Virus record (IMG/VR): IMGVR_UViG_2854655614_000005
Strand: one strand, 5' to 3'
Length of the DNA stretch: 64,000 nt
Origin: a virus
The notes under the pieces: generated by a model
Told to the model about the DNA's origin: nothing
The model's input: only the letters and a program-made list of their open reading frames with translations
Database searches by the model: none
Position numbers and translations under genes: made by a program
In this document: piece by piece, positions 10,701-19,339 of the stretch
Layout of the letters: every line of letters starts with the position of its first letter
How positions within the stretch are numbered: the first letter of the stretch is position 1

Positions 10701-13441
10701 TTGGAGGCAATTTTGAAATAATTGCTTGGCTCACTGATTGAAGCCATGTAAATGTTTAATAGTCTATCATTCCAGTCGGTCTCAGCATAAGCTGGTATGA
10801 TGGAGTTTTCATATTTTAAAGTGATCCTGCAATAGTTACCTGTGGGAGCATATACATAAGTGGATGGACGTTTTCCGGAAATAGACTGGTAGTGAAGGGA
10901 GCCGTCTTTATTCTTTTCGGTGATCTCCTGAGCTCCTGTCGGCAAGGTAGTAGTTTTCCTCAATCCATAGTTCCCATAACTATACGAAGTTGTCTTACCA
11001 AGCGCATTTGTTTCAGATACAATTCGTCCAAGAATATCATAAGCAAATGAACGTGAGCGACTCATCGCACCTCTATCTTCCCTGACTTGAAGAATCTGCC
11101 CGGACGAATTACGAACATAGGTGGTGATGGCTTCAGGCATGGTTCCCGTGGCGGAGCGGATGACTTCCACAAGCTGGCGGGCGGAGTTATAACCGAAGGT
11201 GAGCATTACACCATCCTCGTCCACACGGCGCAGGGGACCGCAGCAACCCCATTCCGCCGTGCTGATGCGACCATTGCCCCTCGTCGTTTTGATGAGGCGC
11301 TTTAGGGCATCGTACTGGTAGTCCTCGGATGAAACGAGGCTCCAGCCCTGGCCAGTATGGACGTATTTTTCCTCACGAGCGATGGTTTCATCTTCCGCCA
11401 GGTAGCGGATGGTTTTTTCGCTCTGGCCGGGAATGACGGCATCGTTGACGCGAGTTTCCATCGTGACCTTCCATTTGGCCCCGTACAGGGTGGTGTCTTC
11501 ATACGACGTGCATTTCTGAACTCCGGAGGCATCCTGCTCCATCTTGACACGCCCGCGGGAATATTCATTGGCGGCGTTTTCTCCCCAAATATCTTTAATT
11601 GTAACGAGAGGAGTTGTTGCGCCAACAGCTAAAACGCTGGTAATGGTACGACTAAGTTGGGGAGAGTCTTCATAGGAGTAAGTGGTGGATTTAATTTCCG
11701 TTTCCTCTCCGGTGGAAACATGCATGAGGGAAACCTGTTCCAAAGCAGGTCGGCAGTCATTGAAACGCAGGTCGGCGTAGGTGGTGCGTACGACCTTTTC
11801 ATAATCCCCATCCGTCCAGGGGGAAGCCTCCATGATGACACGCCCCTGAGTGTCGTACTCGTAGCGGGTGTAGCCTCCGTCCGGCAGGGCCTTGACGGAG
11901 ACGCGGAACTGGCTGTTATAGGTGTAGGACGTGGTGCGGGCCAGCGCGGTGCCGTAGCCCTCCGTGCGGCTCAGGACAAGCCATCCGCCGTCCGTGTATT
12001 TCTTCACGACGCGCTCGCAGGAAGAGGGGGTTATTTCCTTAAATCCCTGGACGGTCTTGATCTCCTCCCACTTTTCACCGGGGAGGAAGTTACGTTCATA
12101 GATGGTGACAATACGCTCATCCCCCGAGCCTTCCGTAATGATGGTTTTATTCCCCTCAATGCGGCGAGTCTTTGTAAAGGCTTGGAGACCCTTTTCCTGA
12201 TTAATGATGGTCATTGTCTGGGTGGAGGCGTCCCACTCATAGGAATAAACCTTGACGGGATCTCCCTGCGGGACGGCTTCTCCGCGAGCATTCCTGGAGA
12301 CCTGGGATGTGGAATACTGGGAAATAGTCAGTTTGTTGGAGGTTCGACTAAGATCCAAGATGCCGTCTCTGGAACTGGTAATGCGCGTAACGTCTCCCTG
12401 AGGATTCTTGGAAACCTGGACCTGAGAATCGTATGTCTGTTTTGAGACAACAGCCCCGGTGGGTGTTGTCATGGAATGGACACTACCGGAGGAGAGGTTT
12501 AACGTCTGGGAAGAACCGTCCGGCTGGACAACTTTGACGAATGAAGCATTACCGGTGGTGCAGGGCGTCATATCCGCATTCAGGTACTGGGCCAGGGACG
12601 AGTCCTTCCGCGAAACCCCGGAACGGTCTGCCGTCGCCGACCCGTCACTGCCCTTGAAGGACATCGTGCCCCCGGATGGCAAGTTGATTTTAACCGACTT
12701 GGTGGAAGAATCGTAACTGGACTTCATGTCCATTGGTGTATTGTATGTGGCCTTGATGCAACAGTTGACATCATTCCCGAGAGCCGCATTACGAGCACGG
12801 GAGGAATTATTCCCTTCAGGATTACCTCCAACATTAAGAACCCCATCGCACATACCACCATCCGGAGTGCCGCCAAAGCCAATACCTTGAGCCGTATCTC
12901 CATCACCGTTGTCACAATCATCATCGCAGTCTTTATTTGTACAATCCGGACACGGTGTATCATCCATCGTTGGTGGAACGCTGCTGGAGCTGGAGGATGA
13001 CTCGGAGGACGAACTGGAAGAAGGCTCCGAAGAGGAGCTGCTGGAGGAAGAGGAGGAGCTGCTGGAGGAAGAGGAGGAGCTGCTGGAGGAAGAGGAGGAG
13101 CTACTGCTCGAAGAAGATGATGAAGAAGAACTGCTGCTTGACGAGGAAGACGGCACGCTGCTGCTTGATGAGGAGGAAGGTACACTGGAACTTGACGAAG
13201 AGGAGGGCACACTGCTGCTCGATGAGGACGTGGGAGGGCTTGACGAAGATGAGGGAGAACTGGAACTAGCCGACGAGGAGGGGGCGCTGGAGCTTGCCGA
13301 AGACGAGGGGAGAGCAGAGGAACTGGAAACCGGAGCAGCGCTGCTGGAGAGCGAGGGGGCCGCTCCGGGCAGACGGGAGGCAGGGGTGGCGTTTTCCGGA
13401 TTGGAGGCCGGAGAGGCGGAATCTGAAACAGGCGTATTCAT
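7784..13441 (-). CDS. Rhs/YD-repeat polymorphic toxin with poly-Ser N-terminus
   Basis: Many YD repeats; core motif YYNYRYYNPLEGRWLSRD...NAPTVFFDYLG followed by a ~190-aa C-terminal domain; start taken at the ATG at 13441 (MNTPVSD). Confidence 0.93.
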   Translation of the reverse strand: MNTPVSDSASPASNPENATPASRLPGAAPSLSSSAAPVSSSSALPSSSASSSAPSSSASSSSPSSSSSPPTSSSSSSVPSSSSSSSVPSSSSSSSVPSSSSSSSSSSSSSSSSSSSSSSSSSSSSSSSSSSSSSSSSSEPSSSSSSESSSSSSSVPPTMDDTPCPDCTNKDCDDDCDNGDGDTAQGIGFGGTPDGGMCDGVLNVGGNPEGNNSSRARNAALGNDVNCCIKATYNTPMDMKSSYDSSTKSVKINLPSGGTMSFKGSDGSATADRSGVSRKDSSLAQYLNADMTPCTTGNASFVKVVQPDGSSQTLNLSSGSVHSMTTPTGAVVSKQTYDSQVQVSKNPQGDVTRITSSRDGILDLSRTSNKLTISQYSTSQVSRNARGEAVPQGDPVKVYSYEWDASTQTMTIINQEKGLQAFTKTRRIEGNKTIITEGSGDERIVTIYERNFLPGEKWEEIKTVQGFKEITPSSCERVVKKYTDGGWLVLSRTEGYGTALARTTSYTYNSQFRVSVKALPDGGYTRYEYDTQGRVIMEASPWTDGDYEKVVRTTYADLRFNDCRPALEQVSLMHVSTGEETEIKSTTYSYEDSPQLSRTITSVLAVGATTPLVTIKDIWGENAANEYSRGRVKMEQDASGVQKCTSYEDTTLYGAKWKVTMETRVNDAVIPGQSEKTIRYLAEDETIAREEKYVHTGQGWSLVSSEDYQYDALKRLIKTTRGNGRISTAEWGCCGPLRRVDEDGVMLTFGYNSARQLVEVIRSATGTMPEAITTYVRNSSGQILQVREDRGAMSRSRSFAYDILGRIVSETNALGKTTSYSYGNYGLRKTTTLPTGAQEITEKNKDGSLHYQSISGKRPSTYVYAPTGNYCRITLKYENSIIPAYAETDWNDRLLNIYMASISEPSNYFKIASNEYNSSNQIVKSTERGVLTQYEYGPFGNVICMTIPLEDVPTVLNSKIENYSSTYESREDGIYHLLTKTSYNASGQPITLSRADLISELDSQLENKTIHTNIYGNSSTEWTEYDGPTKRKQQKTFPSSNITAETHITDNFIIYRKNPDGEEMAYTRTYTSTGSIETATDARGITKTVKYDTAERIVLTTDGAGNSTATTYDDNTGEISLVTDALGKTTCYKYDEHGRMTAIYGTGAHPVCYGYDMDSNLISMTTFRVPSGTITNDPTGRLDGDTTEWEYSCQGNLPLKKTYPDGSGIQMEYDEMNRLARITNARGMSIVQTYDPKTGWIVSISCSDSMTPDVSYAYNHLGWLTRITDGTGIREINYTTYGFIGTESTLVNNTPYLLCNTYDSLGRLSGYDLTAGNSAIHILTALQTYRGDGRLDYAGVKVNGTLNSFSYQYLAGTNLVQKITMPGGWEQSLTYDPNRNLLSKMDVVKGSLSKIVRTYDYDQVYRLTSQSQKRGDAPFDPCSFSYNERSELSSATLGTSLFQYAYDNFGNRKIALEEGVSSPYTSNALDQYTLIGTAPSGFVPEYDSDGNQTKIQTATGIWNVVYDAQNRPVRFNSSNGSTIIECGYDANSRRFVKKVTQNGTITKHERYLYRGYNQIAALNLLNGAAPLYALLWEPLESKNSRPLALVKGGSVYACIQDQNANVTELMNANGEMVGMYDYAPFGSVSEQGTVSCPVQWSSEMYDEELGLVYYNYRYYNPLEGRWLSRDLASADNYVFCHNAPTVFFDYLGNVAAPARLGEPPPLSDMPDFDNPSPPKPTEPRKPGIPGMPNSGIPGPRNPQGNCASESLDRKSKFNPTFNGDDLPPEFGQNGEGCRKVKDGSECKKENPDKERHVLYAYDINGLDDKDKDGNPYPGYHVIGEDCLNNPGTYKSQLGSGGTKVSGITDPVAAMQEYFDHIPPLPDHKKPVPKIIHMCCPCKKEE
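12980..13350 (-). repeat. Low-complexity poly-serine tract of the Rhs protein, including three tandem 21-bp units
   Basis: Plus strand GAGGAGCTGCTGGAGGAAGAG repeated three times at about 13032-13094, plus degenerate (S)n-VP repeats; about 120 Ser-rich residues. Confidence 0.9.
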
Positions 13442-13840
13442 GACAGGACGCAAAATGAATGGTTTGAGCACACACAGGACAGAAAAGCAGGAATAAAAAC
13501 CTTCCTGTCACTCTACACAATCAATCTTCAAATCCCTTGTGTCAAGATTCAAAATAAATAATTTTCCAATCAAGAAAAGATTAGAGAGGAAGAGGGAAAC
13601 AGATGCCACGATTTCCCCGGAAAAGGCAAAGGGAAAAACAGGACTCCCCCGGCATGAAGAGCGGAGGGAAAATGGGCAAGCCGCCCTGGTTTACTGGACC
13701 CTGCCGCGCAGGGTCTCCAGGCGGGTGTAGAACTGGTCCGTCACGCCGGGAATAACGGGAAAAGCGGCCGCGTCCGGCAACCGCCTTTCTCTTCGTTATC
13801 CGTCAGTTCCAGCAAGGAAGCATGATGGTTGTGATTCCAA

Positions 13841-13919
13841 ATTTAATTCGATCCACGCCCGAAGGCGATAAGTTCTTCATCAGAACGATTCCTTTCTACA
13901 GCAGGAGGGGGGGAGTCAA
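13841..13919 (-). CRISPR. Possible solitary, degenerate type I-C-like repeat with upstream promoter/leader (not an array)
   Basis: Minus strand ATCGCCTTCGGGCGTGGATCGAATTAAAT resembles the I-C repeat pattern GTCGC-hairpin-GCGTGGATTGAAA; TTGACT...TAGAAA lies upstream; only one copy. Confidence 0.3.
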
Positions 13920-13958
13920 ATGATTTTGCTGTTTTTGAGGGGAAGATTTAAAGCTGTA

Positions 13959-15890
13959 TCAAGATTTTTCAACGAGATTCGATGAAGAGAGCCCCGACTC
14001 TTCTGTATTACATCCTGTCGTAACGTCGGGTGAAGCGTCGGGTTGACCAATTTTTTTGGAAGCCTCATTGTCTATATATTGAATGTAATTTTGTATTTTC
14101 ATCTTGTCCCATCCTGAAACTTCCTTTTGAATTACGCCAAGATTATCTCTGATAGATTGGAGACATTTCCATTCCCTTGATTTTGTATCAGTCTCTTCTC
14201 GATAAAATCTATTCATTACGATGTAGAATAATTCGAGACCTTGTCTATAGGGAACATTTTTTAAATAATTACAAATAGAAGAAGTGCCACATAGTTCAAG
14301 GATGCTAATATTTTGAAAATTTGTATTATTCAATTTGTGAATTTGATCCTCAGTCAAACCTTGATGAGATAATAATTGATCCTTTAATGAATTCTTAAAT
14401 TCATTCTTGACTTTATCCAAAAATTTATCTTTCAAATAATCTTTTAATTTTAGCCATTCTTTTGAACTCGATTTGTGAAATCCAAGTCCGTACATTCCCG
14501 TAAGATTAGATGTTTCAAAATCAAAATTTTCCTCTGATAGTGACGGTGCTATTTCATCAACATACTGTCTGCATTCTTTTTCAATCTCGGCGGCGGTTCC
14601 TTGGGTAAGCAAACCATTTTCTGAAAAATAGAGTCTCAACCCGAAAACGTGCAGAATGACTCCTATATCAGAATATTTTCTCTTTTTAAAATCTTGTTCA
14701 AATTGTTCCAACATAGAATCCAACTCTTCGCTTTTCTGATTTATCCAGTGCCATAGGTTTCTCCATGGTTCCTTTGATGGAAAATAAGCAGGAAGATCAT
14801 CCAGCTCCTGTTTAATGTCGTCTTCAGGGAAGAATCCATCTTCCAAAATATAAGTCAACATATCATCGGAAAAGATATTATTATACTTGATAACATTTCC
14901 AAAATGTTCACCATATTTTCCTAAATAATCATTTTGCTCAATTTCTTTTTTCTTATCATCTGTTACATATGAATTATTAAGAAATTTTAGAATTTCGGAA
15001 TCTTTCCATTTTTCCAAGTCACGACAAGAGAAATGTCCGGCTTTGATTTCAAAAGAAAGGACGAAAAAGAGCATGACAAGGTCTTTCATGAACATCTCAT
15101 GTTTTTTATGCTTATCTTCAAGGTAGGCGTACAGCCTTTCAAAATCATTAAGCGATTGCTGCAAGATACGTAGATTATCCAATTCGGATGTCTGGTACAT
15201 CTGAATGATCAAGTCCCGTTGAGAATTCAGGAATTCCCTTGCTTCTCCCTTCTGAAGTTGTTCCAGAAAATAATTGAGAGCATTCTCCGTTTCCGGCATC
15301 ATCCGTAGAGTTTTACCAATAACCTTCTCCTTAATAGATTTGTAGGATGGTTTTTCTTGCTTGTCAGCGTGGCGGACAATTTCCTCTTCATTCCCAATAA
15401 TGATTACCTTGCAGTTGTTGTTTTCCACAAAGGAATTAATGTACCCAAGTGATGCTTCTATCGGCATACCGCATCTCTCCAAATCATCAAATATGTAGAT
15501 TGATCCAGGATGATAGATGTTAAAAAGATCATCTGTTTTCAAATAATCAAGATCGATACCTTGCGACTTTAAAAGAGAAGAAAATATTTTTCCTGTCAAT
15601 CTGGCGGATTTATTCTTCATGAAAGGATGAAATTCCTTAATAATCATATCATCAATTTCATCCTTCGTTTGGACTCCATTCAGACTGATTTTAATTATTT
15701 CCGGAATTTTTTCTGATTCATCTTCTTGCTTAGGAGAAATTTTCTCCATATATCTGGTGATGAAAAACGTCTTGCCGATTCCCCATTTTCCTGTGAGCAA
15801 GACAGCATAGTGAGGTGCAGTCAATGCAGTATAGTAATCCAAAAAGCTTTCAATATGCGTATTATTGGGGAAGTTGCTTTGATCCGACAT
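13959..15890 (-). CDS. KAP-family P-loop NTPase, probable phage exclusion/defence
   Basis: Walker A LTGKWGIGKT, Walker B YIFDDLERC, KVIIIGNEEEI, KEKVIG, NLRIL. Confidence 0.88.
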   Translation of the reverse strand: MSDQSNFPNNTHIESFLDYYTALTAPHYAVLLTGKWGIGKTFFITRYMEKISPKQEDESEKIPEIIKISLNGVQTKDEIDDMIIKEFHPFMKNKSARLTGKIFSSLLKSQGIDLDYLKTDDLFNIYHPGSIYIFDDLERCGMPIEASLGYINSFVENNNCKVIIIGNEEEIVRHADKQEKPSYKSIKEKVIGKTLRMMPETENALNYFLEQLQKGEAREFLNSQRDLIIQMYQTSELDNLRILQQSLNDFERLYAYLEDKHKKHEMFMKDLVMLFFVLSFEIKAGHFSCRDLEKWKDSEILKFLNNSYVTDDKKKEIEQNDYLGKYGEHFGNVIKYNNIFSDDMLTYILEDGFFPEDDIKQELDDLPAYFPSKEPWRNLWHWINQKSEELDSMLEQFEQDFKKRKYSDIGVILHVFGLRLYFSENGLLTQGTAAEIEKECRQYVDEIAPSLSEENFDFETSNLTGMYGLGFHKSSSKEWLKLKDYLKDKFLDKVKNEFKNSLKDQLLSHQGLTEDQIHKLNNTNFQNISILELCGTSSICNYLKNVPYRQGLELFYIVMNRFYREETDTKSREWKCLQSIRDNLGVIQKEVSGWDKMKIQNYIQYIDNEASKKIGQPDASPDVTTGCNTEESGLSSSNLVEKS

Positions 15891-16025
15891 TCTTATAAAA
15901 TATTCCTTGGAGAAGGAGAGCGCAATCTCAGAATCGAGACATAGCAGGAATGATCCTTATGACGAGGGGAAATGGTACAAAATGATTGACAAGAGCCAAG
16001 GCATATGAAACATTATGGGCAACAA

Positions 16026-16084
16026 ACCTCCCCCGCTTAGCCTGTTAGTCTGTTGACTCGATAGTGATGCGTACACGGGGAGGT
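16026..16084 (+). ncRNA. Candidate structured RNA (abiF-motif/antitoxin-like) upstream of the Abi gene
   Basis: ACCTCCCC (16026-16033) pairs with GGGGAGGT (16077-16084), enclosing an AGTC-TGTT-GACT hairpin and followed by a T-run; TTGACA at 15986. Confidence 0.55.
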
Positions 16085-16100
16085 CTTTTTGTTTATACCT

Positions 16101-17084
16101 ATGCGATACTCCAAACCCCATCTCTCTTTTGCCGACCAGGCTTCCCTTCTCCTCAACCGGGGGATGGTTGCTACTCAACAAGAATTGATGAACGCTTTGG
16201 AACAAGTAGGATATTACCGCTTGAGCGCTTACTGCTTTCCCTTCCGGGCCGTTGACCCCGTGACAGGAACTCGGCTAGATTTTTTCCGGTCAGGGACTTC
16301 CTTTTCCCTAGTATGGAATCACTACCGTTTTGACCGGGATTTGCGTCTTCTCTTGCTGGACGCCATTGAGCGCATTGAGGTTGCTTTGCGGTGCCGTCTT
16401 GCCTATTTGCATACCAAGGGAAACGATCCCTTTGCCTATGCAGACGCCTCCTACTTTCCGGCATGGAGCAATTACATGACCAAGCTGGATGCCATGAAGA
16501 ACCCTGCCTTGACCGGCAAAAAGACCACCGCCGATTTCGTGGATCATTTTTTTATGAAATACGGGGACCATCATGACTATCTACCCTTATGGATGGCGGT
16601 AGGCATTGCCGACTTCGGTTTCATTTCCTTTTTCTACAGGCATTCTCCCAAGAAGATTCATTCTCAAATCGCTACGGCATGGGGCGTGAAGAGCGACATT
16701 CTACGTTCCTGGCTCGTGGCACTAAATACTCTACGGAACACTTGCGCCCATCATGGCCGCGTTTGGAACAAGGAGTGGGGGACGCAGCCCAAGCTCCCCG
16801 GATATGCCGATCAGCCGGAATGGTACATGACGTATCTGGAGAAAGCAGGGAAATGGGTCCGTCCTCCAGCTGGGGCACCGCTTGCCCCTGATTCTCTCGT
16901 TTCCCATTCTCGATCAACGGGGACCCTGCTTTATATCTGCAAATACTTGCTCTCGTATATTGCGCCACAGTCCCAGTGGAAAACCCGTGTCGAGAGACTT
17001 TTTGAGGAATTTGTTCCTCTTGGGATCGGCATAGAGCATATGGGGCTTTCCGAACATTGGCAGAAACATCCTCTGTGGAGATAG
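16101..17084 (+). CDS. Abi family (AbiD/AbiF, Abi_2) HEPN RNase
   Basis: VGYYRLSAY, YRFDRDLR, IERIEVALR, LPLWM, HEPN R-x4-H in LRNTCAHHGRVWN. Confidence 0.9.
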   Translation: MRYSKPHLSFADQASLLLNRGMVATQQELMNALEQVGYYRLSAYCFPFRAVDPVTGTRLDFFRSGTSFSLVWNHYRFDRDLRLLLLDAIERIEVALRCRLAYLHTKGNDPFAYADASYFPAWSNYMTKLDAMKNPALTGKKTTADFVDHFFMKYGDHHDYLPLWMAVGIADFGFISFFYRHSPKKIHSQIATAWGVKSDILRSWLVALNTLRNTCAHHGRVWNKEWGTQPKLPGYADQPEWYMTYLEKAGKWVRPPAGAPLAPDSLVSHSRSTGTLLYICKYLLSYIAPQSQWKTRVERLFEEFVPLGIGIEHMGLSEHWQKHPLWR

Positions 17085-17144
17085 GCAAGTTTTGTTCAGA
17101 TTGTCTGAAACGACCATGATCTTTTACCATTTCAAACCAATGGC

Positions 17145-18017
17145 ATGAATAAGCCTGTGCGCATTTTTATCTCGTATTGTCATGAGGATTGTAGATTTTT
17201 AAAGGGTCTCCAAGGCCACATGGTTGCTCTGAAACGGGATGGATCTTGCGCTGCCTGGACAGACCGTGAAATTTTGCCAGGGGACACTTTAAATCAAGAA
17301 ATAGGAAATGCCTTGGAAACTGCCGATATTGTACTGCTGCTCGTTTCTGTAGATTTCCTAAATTCTGATTATTGCATGAGCAAGGAGTTCAAAAAGGCTT
17401 TACAGAGAAAGAAAGATACAGGAGCTCCGAGGATTATTCCTATTGTTACACGAGCCTGCGACTGGATGTCTATTCCCGAGCTCGCGGAACTAAAGGCTCC
17501 TTTGGATGGAAAGCCGATTAAAGGCTTCCAAGACATAGATGAAGCGTATCTGCGTGTTGTGAAAGAAATACGCAAGGTAATCCTGGGCCAGGAAATAGGC
17601 TTCCAGCCCAGGGATCGCTATTCTCTTCCGAAGAGTAATGAGGCACTGGAATTTCTTTTCGATATTCTTCTAATGGGGCAGCCGAAAAACAGGAAACAGG
17701 TGGGGGCTATGTATATGGAGCGAATTGGCGGAAATATATTTCCTTATGATCGTATTTCCTTGGCTTTGGATATCAAATCCGGATGGCCTGTTATAAGTGA
17801 CTTGGAAGATGCTTATTGTCCCAGAAGCAAACAAGAATTTTGTAAATTGGGAAATGAACTCCATGTTTGTGGAATTTTCGATGCACTTAAGATAATTAAT
17901 GAACTTGAATGGCGGTATTATCGTTACCGAATCCGCATGGACATAGACTTGGAAGAGTTAAAGAAGACGGTCGAACTAGCCTTGGTGAAACGCAAGCCTT
18001 GGATACAGGAAGAGTAG
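17145..18017 (+). CDS. TIR-domain protein, copy 1 (TIR plus unknown C-terminal domain)
   Basis: IFISYCHED, WTDREILPG, LLLVSVDFLNSDYCMSKE (catalytic Glu position intact), IIPIV. Confidence 0.9.
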   Translation: MNKPVRIFISYCHEDCRFLKGLQGHMVALKRDGSCAAWTDREILPGDTLNQEIGNALETADIVLLLVSVDFLNSDYCMSKEFKKALQRKKDTGAPRIIPIVTRACDWMSIPELAELKAPLDGKPIKGFQDIDEAYLRVVKEIRKVILGQEIGFQPRDRYSLPKSNEALEFLFDILLMGQPKNRKQVGAMYMERIGGNIFPYDRISLALDIKSGWPVISDLEDAYCPRSKQEFCKLGNELHVCGIFDALKIINELEWRYYRYRIRMDIDLEELKKTVELALVKRKPWIQEE

Positions 18018-18081
18018 AAGAATATTTCCTCATAATTGTTCGGTATGTCGTTTTTCCTTTTCCGTCTTCCGGTAGTGTTTC

Positions 18082-18170
18082 TTTTGCGGTTTTCGTCTGG
18101 CGTGCCGGAGAAGTTGGATGGGGTTTTGGCGGTGGAGGGATGGTGATGCTGATAGAGAGAAAAAACGCAG
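18082..18170 (-). pseudogene. Decayed copy of the 3' end of the giant polyvalent-protein gene
   Basis: 18082-18111 matches 19378-19407 at 26/30 nt, with further patchy identity (TTTGGCGGTG). Confidence 0.7.
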
Positions 18171-18404
18171 AAAGTTTCCGGATTGGATCAGGTTTCTAGA
18201 ATTGGAAACTGGTGTTAAAACGGAAACTTTGTGATGAAGGGATTACCTCCGGCAGGTGGAAAAAGGGAGGAATAGTTTTTTGCTATTATTGTGTTGAAAA
18301 TCATAATTTTATGAACATGGGGAAGTTTTTTTGATGAACCGTATGTTATACATCATTTCTCATTATTCTTGATAATTTTAACCTATTTTTATATACGGGA
18401 AGCT

Positions 18405-19265
18405 ATGAATAAGCCCGTGCATATTTTCATCTCTTATTGCCATGAAGACCGTAATTTTCTAAAGGGACTTCAAGACCACATGATTGCCTTAAAACGGGAC
18501 GGGTCATGCAATGCGTGGACAGACCGGGAAATCCTGGCCGGTGATACGCTGGATAAGGAAATAAGCGGTTCCCTGGATTCTGCCGATATTGTGTTACTCT
18601 TGGTCTCCGTGCATTTCCTGAATTCCACCTACTGCATGAGCCGGGAATTCCAGGAAGCTCTACGCAGGAAAGAGGAAACGGGAAGTCCCCGCATTATCCC
18701 CATCATTACACGGGCCTGCGACTGGCTGTCCATTCCTGAACTGGCAAAGCTGAAAGCCCCTCTGGATGGGAAGCCTATTAAAGGATTCCAGGATATGGAC
18801 GAAGCCTATCTGGGTATTGTGAAGGAAATACGCAGGGTAATCGAAGGGCAGGATCTCCTGCTGTCCGGAGAATGTTATTCTCTTCCAGAGGATAATGACG
18901 CTTTGAAGTTTCTTTATGATATTCTTGAAGAAGGGCGTCCGGAAAACAGGAAACGAACAGGGGCTATGTATATGCAGCGAATTGGTGGAGATTCTTCTCC
19001 TGATATGATTTCCTTATCCTTAAATCCCAATTCTGGCCCCGTTTATATGAGGTCTTTAGGAAGTAGTTTTCCTAGCAGACAGGAATTTTGCGAATGGGGA
19101 GATGAACTCCATGATTGTGGAATTTGCGAAGCAGTTGCCATAGATAATGACCGTAAATGGCAGTATTATCGTTACCGGATCAACGTGGATATAGACCTTG
19201 AAAAATTAAAAGAGAAGGTGGTTCAAGCCATGCAGGAACGCGGGCTTGATATGGGGGAAGAGTGA
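18405..19265 (+). CDS. TIR-domain protein, copy 2 (paralogue of 17145..18017)
   Basis: MNKPVHIFISYCHED...STYCMSRE...LKAPLDGKPIKGFQD nearly identical to copy 1; C-terminal domain diverged. Confidence 0.9.
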   Translation: MNKPVHIFISYCHEDRNFLKGLQDHMIALKRDGSCNAWTDREILAGDTLDKEISGSLDSADIVLLLVSVHFLNSTYCMSREFQEALRRKEETGSPRIIPIITRACDWLSIPELAKLKAPLDGKPIKGFQDMDEAYLGIVKEIRRVIEGQDLLLSGECYSLPEDNDALKFLYDILEEGRPENRKRTGAMYMQRIGGDSSPDMISLSLNPNSGPVYMRSLGSSFPSRQEFCEWGDELHDCGICEAVAIDNDRKWQYYRYRINVDIDLEKLKEKVVQAMQERGLDMGEE

Positions 19266-19339
19266 CGGAGAATTTTTCTGAGATCTGTCAGTTTACTGCG
19301 TTTGATTGAGCAGTACGCTGGCATTCAGTATTCCGTTTT

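Noticed and set aside
12909..13496. Poly-Glu/Leu ORF on the plus strand
   Set aside because: It is the reverse complement of the Rhs poly-Ser tract
13453..13497. TTTATTCC upstream of Rhs as a fourth copy of the late motif
   Set aside because: It lacks the C-run and AGC elements, and the hexamer at the 31-nt spacing (TCATTT) is not -10-like
13691..13823. Short minus-strand coding-like remnant (...PVIPGVTDQFYTRLETLRGRVQ)
   Set aside because: Fragmentary, with no intact start and no identifiable family
15910..15953. TCATTCC upstream of the KAP NTPase
   Set aside because: No -10-like hexamer at the conserved spacing
17145..19265. Calling the TIR pair a Thoeris system
   Set aside because: No SIR2/SLOG or macro-domain ThsA effector is visible in the window
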